A DNA stretch of 64,000 nucleotides from a virus. The translations under genes and the position numbers were made by a program. This document shows, one piece after another, positions 34,550 to 42,760 of the stretch (position 1 is its first letter; every line of letters starts with the position of its first letter). Where the stretch lies: IMG/VR virus record IMGVR_UViG_3300023176_007894, positions 1-64,000 of that record, one strand, 5' to 3'. The notes below the pieces were generated by a model. That model was not told the DNA's origin. It saw only the letters and a program-made list of their open reading frames with translations, and searched no databases.

Positions 34550-36226
34550 ATGTCGAATTATAGTCTTAAAGGTATCGCGGAGTCAATTGATAACCTAACA
34601 ATTAACCCTCAAAGTTCTTCATCAACAAGTGTCACGACACTTGTTGCAATGAATGATGCCCAAGGAAACTCGCAAAGTCTATATGACCTCTATGTAGGAA
34701 TTTGCTTTGTACGATTTGGTGACGAAGGAATAGATAGTGATGATGGACCAAATGATCGCGCCGTAATTGCTAACTCAACTAACGTCCTTACTGCCGACAA
34801 CAGCATTCAGGTCACCAATCATGGATTTGACATTGGTGATGTAGTTCGATTTACCACATCTAGCGGAAGTAATTCGACAGGTACTTTACCAAGCGGATTA
34901 TCTACAGATACTGACTACTATGTAGTATATAATGCCCATCCAAATTTTATTAGAGTATCAACTACTTCTGGTGGCTCCGCTGTCAACATTACAGATGTAG
35001 GTAGTGGAACTTTTTATGTTACTCGAAATGCATTTATCGCACTTGATGCACAAGATTGGCTAAGCACGGGTAGTAGCGCTATAAATGTATTGGCTGTTAA
35101 TTTTAAATTTAGATATGGCGTTCAAGCTTACAAATGGCTTTCCAGATATACCACTGTTCGCAAAATGGCATTTTTAGTCGGATTGCCTGAAGATCGAGCT
35201 GGGTCGACTGCTAATGGCGCGCGTTACGCCGAATGGAATTCGCTCAGCAGTTCAAGCACAAGTTATGATCCAAGACCATCTATAATGGGAGGACGTGAGT
35301 GGGAAAATTTTGACGATGTATATTTTTATGGCCTGCTGCTTCCACAAGAAGATGCGCTAACCAACTATCTTGGCAAAAGGACAGGAGCAATTAGTTTTTC
35401 TTTTGGCGGAAATAGTTATCCTGCGGAAGGAACTGGTTTTTCTTCAGATACATCTAGTTATGGTTTGGGAACAACTGGAACTGTTAATGGACATTCCCGT
35501 GACGCAAACTTGTGGAGAAATGCCGCTTATGCAGCTTTTGAACGATGTCGTATAGTCGCGTATGTTACAACAAATGTTGGTCATCTTTTTTGGTTTCGAT
35601 ATACCAATAAATTATATATGCAGAATATCCACTGGGTTATACAAACCTATTCGGGAGGCGAGCTCTCTACTGCATTCATGATAGGTGCAAAAGTAACAAC
35701 TTTCGTCAACCTTAGACTCGCAGTCTGGACTGCAGCAACGACGGGAAGTAGTTGGCGTGGCTTTATGCATGGTAATTCTGCGCCGATTGAAATAGGCGAA
35801 GGAGCCGGAACAGTTTACATAATGGGTAGCGTTTTTCAGATTTCGACAGGATCCGACCTGACCGATCCGGACATGTTAAAATGCGGCGGCAAAGGGACAC
35901 TAACTATAGATCCGAACAATCAGTTTATGTACGTGAATTATTATTCTGGTATTGGCTATCCATACAAGGAACGTGCAAAAATAGTTCAAGGAATGTACTG
36001 TACCAACGCCAGTCACATAGCCAGAGGTTTTAGGCTATCACAGGAAAACTGGACACTAGCGAACGGGACAGCTTTGGACGTAGGTCTGCAGGCCGGAACT
36101 GTGACCTGGTTCTATAAAGATATGAATGGAAACAGTCGGGTGTACGGTTCCCAACCTGGAACTTATTATTATTGGAATGGGTCGGCATGGGTCGGCATGA
36201 GTTCTCATAGATTCTATATATCATAA
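34550..36226 (+). CDS. Putative virion structural or tail-associated protein
   Basis: Ser/Thr/Gly-rich; NHGF..GD.V.F...LPSGL...YYV module typical of tail proteins; GTGTA motif upstream. Confidence 0.6.
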   Translation: MSNYSLKGIAESIDNLTINPQSSSSTSVTTLVAMNDAQGNSQSLYDLYVGICFVRFGDEGIDSDDGPNDRAVIANSTNVLTADNSIQVTNHGFDIGDVVRFTTSSGSNSTGTLPSGLSTDTDYYVVYNAHPNFIRVSTTSGGSAVNITDVGSGTFYVTRNAFIALDAQDWLSTGSSAINVLAVNFKFRYGVQAYKWLSRYTTVRKMAFLVGLPEDRAGSTANGARYAEWNSLSSSSTSYDPRPSIMGGREWENFDDVYFYGLLLPQEDALTNYLGKRTGAISFSFGGNSYPAEGTGFSSDTSSYGLGTTGTVNGHSRDANLWRNAAYAAFERCRIVAYVTTNVGHLFWFRYTNKLYMQNIHWVIQTYSGGELSTAFMIGAKVTTFVNLRLAVWTAATTGSSWRGFMHGNSAPIEIGEGAGTVYIMGSVFQISTGSDLTDPDMLKCGGKGTLTIDPNNQFMYVNYYSGIGYPYKERAKIVQGMYCTNASHIARGFRLSQENWTLANGTALDVGLQAGTVTWFYKDMNGNSRVYGSQPGTYYYWNGSAWVGMSSHRFYIS

Positions 36227-36265
36227 TCAAAATGGAATACTCGATACCTCGAAAGGACAAATAGA

Positions 36266-36556
36266 ATGAATGTAATATATAAAATATATAACTCTCATGG
36301 TGAATTTGATCATTATTGGCACCCAGCGAAATCTGGAACATTACTTCCGGATCAATATTGCGAATGCGAACATGATTCCATCATAGAACTTCATCAAGAT
36401 CCTAATTTCATTACGGCTTGTAATTGCGATAATAACCAAGGCACACCTGTAGAAACTGGGCAACTTTTAGCCGAAGATTTAATTTTACAAAGTGGTTTGA
36501 TAGTTGAGGGAGGTCCTCCACCTTGCGACCTTCCTCGTCCAGAGCCAGAGGAATAA
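36266..36556 (+). CDS. Hypothetical protein
   Basis: AAGGA SD. Confidence 0.55.
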   Translation: MNVIYKIYNSHGEFDHYWHPAKSGTLLPDQYCECEHDSIIELHQDPNFITACNCDNNQGTPVETGQLLAEDLILQSGLIVEGGPPPCDLPRPEPEE

Positions 36557-36578
36557 AAGACTTCTTGACAAAAGATTT

Positions 36579-36890
36579 GTGAAGTTAATTATCGAATCTT
36601 GCTTGACTGAACCTCCGAGTGAAATTTCTTGCTTTCGTGATTTAACATTATTTGCAAAGACTTTTGTCTTTGAGGATGTTATACTTGAATGTGTTCCTGG
36701 CACACGAACACTTTATTGGAATTGGTTAAAGAGTCATGGTGCGCATGATTTCGTATCCGACTTGATACGAATAGGCGAGCGAGAAGAGGGGTATACAATA
36801 AAAACCAATCCGCCAGCCAATCTTGTGGTTGATCGAATTGGTTGTTATAATTTAAACTATATTATTTCTCAGTTAAACTTGTTGAGATAA
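36579..36890 (+). CDS. Hypothetical protein (start uncertain)
   Basis: ORF; GTG start chosen to avoid overlap. Confidence 0.5.
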   Translation: MKLIIESCLTEPPSEISCFRDLTLFAKTFVFEDVILECVPGTRTLYWNWLKSHGAHDFVSDLIRIGEREEGYTIKTNPPANLVVDRIGCYNLNYIISQLNLLR

Positions 36891-37166
36891 GTTTTTTTCA
36901 AACTCTTGAGCTTCTTCCAAAAGCTTTTCGAGCTGTTCTTCTTGCATAGTTTGTACATCTCTAGTTGCCTGTTTAATAACTTGTTGTTGAACGAGCTGTA
37001 GCAATTGATTAAGAGAAATTACTGATAATGCCTCTGATAATTGTACATTGTTTAAAAATTTATTTGCCAAGTAATTGACTACTCTTGATTGTTCGGCTGA
37101 TAATTCAACTGGTTGATCAGTCGCGGCGTTTTCTGTTGTTTCTTGTTCTTGTGTTGCTGTTGTCAT
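36873..37166 (-). CDS. Hypothetical Gln-rich protein
   Basis: ORF. Confidence 0.6.
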   Translation of the reverse strand: MTTATQEQETTENAATDQPVELSAEQSRVVNYLANKFLNNVQLSEALSVISLNQLLQLVQQQVIKQATRDVQTMQEEQLEKLLEEAQEFEKNLSQQV

Positions 37167-37172
37167 GTTCTA

Positions 37173-37379
37173 TTATAATATGATTTTTTGATTTTTAAAG
37201 TTGTATAATGGATAATTGTTTTCTTGTGATTGATCAATAAATTCGCGTATTAATTTTTCTCTTTCTAGTTGTAGAATTTTTTCTTTTTGCCATTCAATTA
37301 GTTGATGTTGTTCCCATACTATCCACATTAGATATACGATCAACAGGATTCCGCTGATGATTGATAGGGACTTGTTCAT
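37173..37379 (-). CDS. Small protein with N-terminal TM helix
   Basis: LSIISGILLIVYLMWIVW. Confidence 0.55.
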   Translation of the reverse strand: MNKSLSIISGILLIVYLMWIVWEQHQLIEWQKEKILQLEREKLIREFIDQSQENNYPLYNFKNQKIIL

Positions 37380-37444
37380 TACATATTGTATATAATATGC
37401 TATTGGTTTCTAGTATTATTTTGTTTTTTGTGTAATATAAAAGT

Positions 37445-37978
37445 ATGGCTCAAATTACGATTAATAATTTAACAACTCAATCTTCTGGGTTTTCTGATTT
37501 TTGGATTCCAGTTTGTGATAACAATGGAAATACTTACAAAGTTAAAGTAAAAGATTTAATTGCCGGATCTGGCGCAAGTTCTGCATCTGTTGCTCCTATT
37601 GTAAAAACTACAACAGTTGTACCTAAGTTTAAAGGATGGGGATTTCCCGCTTATAGGGTCTTCGATGAGGCAGCTATTAACGAAACCAATATGTTTGCTT
37701 CTAGCACTGTTGTTTCTGGAATGATCGGAGGTGTCTCAATAAGCAAGGCGGCTGGGAGTAGTACGGTTGTTTTCGGAAATGCAAACGCTACAGTAAATGG
37801 GGCAAGGGTCTCTCTACAAAGTAGTTCATTCGGAACAGTAAGTGTTCCTAACCGTTTTGGCAAGGGCGGCGGTACAACTACTAGTGCAACCGTACATATT
37901 ACTTGCACAACAAATTCTTTAAAAGTCGAATCGAATGCTCCAGTAAATGTCGTGCTAAATATATACAAAGCAGGCTAA
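37445..37978 (+). CDS. Putative virion structural protein
   Basis: MAQITINNL...IPV.D..G.TYKVKV N-terminus typical of fibre/decoration proteins; GTGTA-N10-ATG. Confidence 0.55.
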   Translation: MAQITINNLTTQSSGFSDFWIPVCDNNGNTYKVKVKDLIAGSGASSASVAPIVKTTTVVPKFKGWGFPAYRVFDEAAINETNMFASSTVVSGMIGGVSISKAAGSSTVVFGNANATVNGARVSLQSSSFGTVSVPNRFGKGGGTTTSATVHITCTTNSLKVESNAPVNVVLNIYKAG

Positions 37979-38133
37979 TGCCATTACCTAAACCAAATAA
38001 AGACGAAAAAAACAGCGATTTCATGAATCGCTGTATGAGCGATCTCTCGACCAAAAAAGAATTCAAAAATGTCAAGCAGCGTGCAGCTGTATGCTATACT
38101 CAATTAACTCGCAAGAATAAAAAGAAATCGTAA
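37978..38133 (+). CDS. 51-aa conserved phage protein (MPLPKP...FMNRCM...QRAAVCY)
   Basis: TAATG-coupled; the same domain occurs inside 49133-49648. Confidence 0.65.
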   Translation: MPLPKPNKDEKNSDFMNRCMSDLSTKKEFKNVKQRAAVCYTQLTRKNKKKS

Positions 38134-38153
38134 AGTGTTTCGCGGCACTATAA

Positions 38154-38351
38154 TTAATCTTTTCTTTTTTTGCTTTTAATTCTTTGTATTTCTTCAGGCA
38201 GAATTTTAATTACTTTTTCTACCTTATTTTCCATCATCATTTCTGCGGGAGTAGATCCATTCAATCTTGCGTTCTCTGTTTTTAACCAGCTTGTGGATTG
38301 ATATGAATTTAAATTTTTGCTTAAAAGCTCAAGTATAGACCTGTGTGACAT
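38154..38351 (-). CDS. Xre/MbcA/ParS antitoxin C-terminal domain-like protein
   Basis: WLKTENARLNGSTPAEMM pattern; GTGTA-N9-ATG. Confidence 0.6.
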   Translation of the reverse strand: MSHRSILELLSKNLNSYQSTSWLKTENARLNGSTPAEMMMENKVEKVIKILPEEIQRIKSKKRKD

Positions 38352-38402
38352 ATATTATAATACACTTAATCTACAAAATTTACAATTAGTGTATATATTA
38401 AC

Positions 38403-38837
38403 ATGGGTCCTATATTAAATACGATACTCGGAGCAGGCATAAAATTAGTCTGTAATTTAATCAACAGTTGGCTCGAACAAAAAAGACAAGATCAATTAGC
38501 TTTAGCCGCAAGAGACGAAAAAATGCTTGAGGCGTTAATAGCAAATCAATCGTCCACTTCTCGAGATCCTTTTGTGAAGATTACTCGCAGAATATTGTTT
38601 ATGAGTATAACATTTACAATGTGTTTTTTAATGATTTATTATGCAATGAATCCTGATATAAAATATAATCTTATTGTGCCAAAAGGTGATAGCGCAAAGC
38701 TTGGTTTTGGTTCGTGGTTTTTTGGAGGTAATAGTTGGGAAATGGTTGAAATGACAGGTGGTTTAATGCTCGCTTCTTTCATGGATCTTTGTTTTATGGT
38801 GGTTGGATTTTACGCTATACCAAGTAAAAGAAGATGA
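38403..38837 (+). CDS. Membrane protein, putative holin
   Basis: Two to three hydrophobic helices and a basic C-terminal tail. Confidence 0.5.
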   Translation: MGPILNTILGAGIKLVCNLINSWLEQKRQDQLALAARDEKMLEALIANQSSTSRDPFVKITRRILFMSITFTMCFLMIYYAMNPDIKYNLIVPKGDSAKLGFGSWFFGGNSWEMVEMTGGLMLASFMDLCFMVVGFYAIPSKRR

Positions 38838-39112
38838 AGTTATTGAATTTGTTTTTTATTGTTTTTGTTTTGTGTTCGTGTTCTGTTGTTACCCGCACAA
38901 CATCCATCGAGAATCCAAAGCCTGTAGATTTTTCCGAATCAGGTTTTTCTAAATTAGATTTAAATAAAGATGGTCAAATATCCAAGAGTGAATATATAGC
39001 CCCCGAAGAAACAACAAATTTATGGGGCCCAATCATTTCATTTTCTTGCATAGCTGCTGGAATATTATGTTCTTGTATTTTTTTGAATCGTGTATTAAAT
39101 AATAATGAATGA
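38834..39112 (+). CDS. Putative lipoprotein with EF-hand and C-terminal TM helix
   Basis: Signal peptide plus LCSC lipobox-like motif; DLNKDGQISKSE EF-hand loop; hydrophobic tail. Confidence 0.55.
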   Translation: MKLLNLFFIVFVLCSCSVVTRTTSIENPKPVDFSESGFSKLDLNKDGQISKSEYIAPEETTNLWGPIISFSCIAAGILCSCIFLNRVLNNNE

Positions 39113-39698
39113 TTTTGCATTAGTTCTTGCGTCAATAATATCTGCCGTAGGCGGAATTATTGGAATGTGGGTAAAAAATAGATTAGACTACAAGAAAAGT
39201 AATAGCGTCGAAAAGGTTGCTGCATCTGGGGTTAATATTTATGAGGCACTCGATTATGTACTCTCCGAAACAAAATGCTCGAGGGCGTATGTTTTTGAGT
39301 TCCATAATGGTGAACATTTCTTCTCTGGTAGGGGTCAGCAAAAGTTCAGTTGCACCTATGAATTTGTGAAGCCTGGCGTTAGCGCGGAAGCGCTAAATTC
39401 ACAAAATCATAGAATATCCAACTATAATCATTATATACATGAATTAATTTCCGAAGAAAAATTCGAATATATAAATATCAATAAAATTCCTGATGAAGCA
39501 TTTAAAATGTTATTAGAGTCAAGGGGAGTATGTGCAATTTATAATGTACCTATAAAGACATTAAATGGTAAAATTATAGGAATACTAGGAATAGATTATA
39601 CATTCGATATCGAAGAGTTTGATTTTGGGCAAGAACATCCTGATGTAGCGAAATTTATGCGTAGACAAGCAAGAATTATAAGTGGTTATTTGATATAA
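39105..39698 (+). CDS. N-terminal TM plus GAF-domain protein (T4 holin T-like architecture)
   Basis: TM at residues 4-22; SRAYVFEFHNG; GVCAIYNVPIKTLNGKIIGILGIDY GAF signature. Confidence 0.6.
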   Translation: MNDFALVLASIISAVGGIIGMWVKNRLDYKKSNSVEKVAASGVNIYEALDYVLSETKCSRAYVFEFHNGEHFFSGRGQQKFSCTYEFVKPGVSAEALNSQNHRISNYNHYIHELISEEKFEYININKIPDEAFKMLLESRGVCAIYNVPIKTLNGKIIGILGIDYTFDIEEFDFGQEHPDVAKFMRRQARIISGYLI

Positions 39699-39725
39699 TC
39701 TTTTATACGATTATAATAAAGTACT

Positions 39726-40067
39726 ATGGCATTTTCCTATTGTCCGCACTGCGGCTTTAAAAATTTATATTCTATACGCGCACCAAAATTTTGCGGTGGA
39801 TGCGGCGAGTCCATCCAAGGCTCTCGCGCATCAGCAATTAAAAAATTAAATCCATCAATCAAAAAAACCAAAACAGAATTTGAGGATGATCCCGATGGAT
39901 CTGATATTTTTCATGTTCCAGAACTAACTTCTTTAGCTTATTCAATTGAGCATGACCAAAACAAGTTTGCCCTAAAAGATATGGTGCCCCTTCCAGAGCC
40001 TAAAGATTCTGTAGATAAACCAAAAGTCAAAAAAGCAAGGCGACGTGGAAGACCAAAAAAAGCATAA
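39726..40067 (+). CDS. Zinc-ribbon protein
   Basis: CPHCG...FCGGCG. Confidence 0.7.
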   Translation: MAFSYCPHCGFKNLYSIRAPKFCGGCGESIQGSRASAIKKLNPSIKKTKTEFEDDPDGSDIFHVPELTSLAYSIEHDQNKFALKDMVPLPEPKDSVDKPKVKKARRRGRPKKA

Positions 40068-40788
40068 TTTTCAATACGAAGATAAAGCGCAGGAAATTGA
40101 TCAAGAAATAAAAAAGCGAAGGGGCAAATGGTTCTTGGACTCTCTGGCGTGGTTTGATTTTGAGGACGTAGAGCAGATAATAAAAGCACATATACATAAG
40201 AAATGGCATCAGTGGGATCAAAGCCGCTCCCTGAAGCCATGGATAAATAAGATCATTACTAATCAAATGAAAAATATATTGCGAAATAATTATAGCAACT
40301 TTGTGAGGCCTTGCTTGAATTGCCCATTCAATCAATCTTGTTCAGCTAAAGATGGATCTTCAGGGTCTTTATGCGGATTTACGAAATCAGGACTTCAAGA
40401 CTCTTCTTGTCCGCTGTATGCAAAATGGGAAAAAACAAAAAAGTCTGCATACGATATTAAAATGGCTCTAGCATTAGAAAATCATTCTCACGAAGTTGGG
40501 GGAATGGAAGATCATGGCTTTGACATAATGCAAGCGCAAGAAAAGCTAAATGAATTTATGAAAAAAGAATTGTCTCAAAAGCAATATATGGTATATGAAT
40601 TACTTTATGTCAAGCACGAAGAAGAGGAGAAGGTTGCAAAGATAATGGGCTATAAAACTTCTGAAAAAGGAAGAAAGGCAGGTTACAAGCAAATAAAAAA
40701 CCTAAAGAAAGTATTTAAGCAGAAAGCTCAATCTATACTTGAAAAAGAAGATATAATATCTGTTAAAGGAGGTCTTTCATGGAGCTAA
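40045..40788 (+). CDS. Sigma70/ECF-like phage sigma factor with a Cys-rich insert
   Basis: Region 2-like FEDVEQ...WDQSRSLKPWINKIITNQMKNILR; region 4-like LSQKQYMVYELLY...EKVAKIMG. Confidence 0.7.
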   Translation: MEDQKKHNFQYEDKAQEIDQEIKKRRGKWFLDSLAWFDFEDVEQIIKAHIHKKWHQWDQSRSLKPWINKIITNQMKNILRNNYSNFVRPCLNCPFNQSCSAKDGSSGSLCGFTKSGLQDSSCPLYAKWEKTKKSAYDIKMALALENHSHEVGGMEDHGFDIMQAQEKLNEFMKKELSQKQYMVYELLYVKHEEEEKVAKIMGYKTSEKGRKAGYKQIKNLKKVFKQKAQSILEKEDIISVKGGLSWS

Positions 40789-41831
40789 CAGAAGAACAAA
40801 AACAAATTTTAATTGATAATTCCTCCAAGATATCTGATCTTGCAGCGCTGACAGAGCTTGTTTTTCCTGATAAAAAAGGTTTGGACGGAAGAACAAAGGA
40901 GGGTAGAGCTGTTAGGTCTTTTTTGCTGAGTTCGAAAATATCTTACGATACAAAACATTGTCACCCCAAAGAAGATATTATTCTTGACAAAGATCAAGAG
41001 GTTTTTGTAGAGCAATATTCCAAAGAGGGAATGAACGCTTTTCAAATAGCATCTTTATTGTTTCCTGATTCAACGATAACAGGCACGAGCAAGCAATATG
41101 TTGCCGTTTTAAACTTCATTGAAAGTAATGCTGGATTAACAGTTCATCCATCAGAGGATGCTGTTAATAAAAAATATATTCCTCCAAAAACAGAGGCTAG
41201 AATACTCAAGAAGATAAATGATTGCTGTATCAAGGGTATTGATGAAAAAAAATTGAGCATATCCGATAGAAAAAGCATCGAGTCGCTTGGTTATTTTTTG
41301 GCATCTCCAAGATTTATACAAGTCATCAATAATTATGATTCCCAAGCAGATCGAGATCTTTTTGAAGCCGAGTTTGTTCGGGCAACTTGGGACAAGCCGG
41401 ATTTAACTAGTGACGAAATTAATCTTTATATCAATGTCTGCATGGATTACATTCATTTGAAAAACATTCAAGGGGCAATCAATAAGTTGAATCGAATGTT
41501 TGATGATACTGAAGACCAGCAAGATTTGACCGTAAGGCTCGCAGAGCTGCTAAAGACAAAGAGCGAAGAATACAATCAATGTGAAAAAAGAATGGAGTCA
41601 CTTATTCAAAAGCTTCAAGGCGATCGCTCCAAAAGGATCTCAAACCAGCAAAGACAAAATTCTAGCATACTTGCACTGGTCCAACTTTTCCAAGAAGAGG
41701 AGGAAAGAAAAGTGATGGTCAAAATTGCAGAATTGCAAAAAAAGGCTGCCAAAAAAGAAGCAGACAACCTAGAGTCCATGCCAGACTGGAAGGCTCGAGT
41801 GCTAGGCATATCCAAAGAGGATATAATTTAA
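40779..41831 (+). CDS. Hypothetical coiled-coil protein (possible terminase small subunit)
   Basis: Position upstream of terL; helical C-terminus. Confidence 0.5.
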   Translation: MELTEEQKQILIDNSSKISDLAALTELVFPDKKGLDGRTKEGRAVRSFLLSSKISYDTKHCHPKEDIILDKDQEVFVEQYSKEGMNAFQIASLLFPDSTITGTSKQYVAVLNFIESNAGLTVHPSEDAVNKKYIPPKTEARILKKINDCCIKGIDEKKLSISDRKSIESLGYFLASPRFIQVINNYDSQADRDLFEAEFVRATWDKPDLTSDEINLYINVCMDYIHLKNIQGAINKLNRMFDDTEDQQDLTVRLAELLKTKSEEYNQCEKRMESLIQKLQGDRSKRISNQQRQNSSILALVQLFQEEEERKVMVKIAELQKKAAKKEADNLESMPDWKARVLGISKEDII

Positions 41832-41841
41832 TGCTGCGAAA

Positions 41842-42759
41842 ATGAACTCCTGCAAAATATGTGACAAGAATTTTGATTCCGACAGAAGCTTGCATGGCCA
41901 TCTCAAGAGTCATGGTTTAACTATGGCAGAATATTATACTCAATATTTTCCAAGAAAAAATTTACTTACTGGAGAACCTCTTCCATTTAAAAATAAAGAT
42001 GATTATTTCTCGAGAGACTTTTCCAATAGAACTCAACTCATAAAATGGTGCAATACAGAAAAAGAAGATAAGGTTAAAGATTACATCTTAAAATTATTAT
42101 CAAACAGAATAAAACTAAAAGGCCTTTCGGTTGGCCCGTGTTACTTAGAACTAAAAATTAACAGCTTACCCACTGTAGAAATTTATCAAAAGTTTTTCGG
42201 ATCATATACCGCAGCTTGTAGGGAGTTAAATGTTGAGCCAATGTTTGGAAGTCGCCTGCCTGAAGATTTTAAAACATGTGATGCAAGTGAGCTTGAAATA
42301 TTTATTGATACAAGAGAGCAGCAGCCGTTGAATTTTGCAAAGTCGGAATCTTTAAAGCTAGACTTCGGAGATTATGCAATTGGTGGAGATAATTACAACT
42401 ATACATATATTGACAGAAAAAGCGAGCAAGATTTTAAGTCAACTCTGAGCAAAAACAGTCTCGAGAGGTTTCGCAATGAGTTGCAAAGGGCCAAAGATTT
42501 TGATAGCTATTTATTTATTGTCACCGAAAGTAGTCTTGATAAAATAGCAAAAAACAATCGATGGGGAGCGCATAAATCAAATTTAAAATACATTTATCAT
42601 AATATGAGAGTGCTTAGTCACGAGTTTAATAAGAATTGTCAATTTATTTTTACAGGAAGCAGGGAAAGGTCAGAAGAGCTAATACCTAAAATTTTATTGA
42701 TGGGCAAAAAATTATGGAATGTAGATCTACAACATTATATAGATAGGGAAATAATTTAA
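41842..42759 (+). CDS. C2H2 zinc finger plus ERCC4/XPF-type nuclease
   Basis: CKICD..F...LHGH...H; IDTREQ, GDY, DRKS..DF. Confidence 0.75.
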   Translation: MNSCKICDKNFDSDRSLHGHLKSHGLTMAEYYTQYFPRKNLLTGEPLPFKNKDDYFSRDFSNRTQLIKWCNTEKEDKVKDYILKLLSNRIKLKGLSVGPCYLELKINSLPTVEIYQKFFGSYTAACRELNVEPMFGSRLPEDFKTCDASELEIFIDTREQQPLNFAKSESLKLDFGDYAIGGDNYNYTYIDRKSEQDFKSTLSKNSLERFRNELQRAKDFDSYLFIVTESSLDKIAKNNRWGAHKSNLKYIYHNMRVLSHEFNKNCQFIFTGSRERSEELIPKILLMGKKLWNVDLQHYIDREII

Positions 42760-42760
42760 T

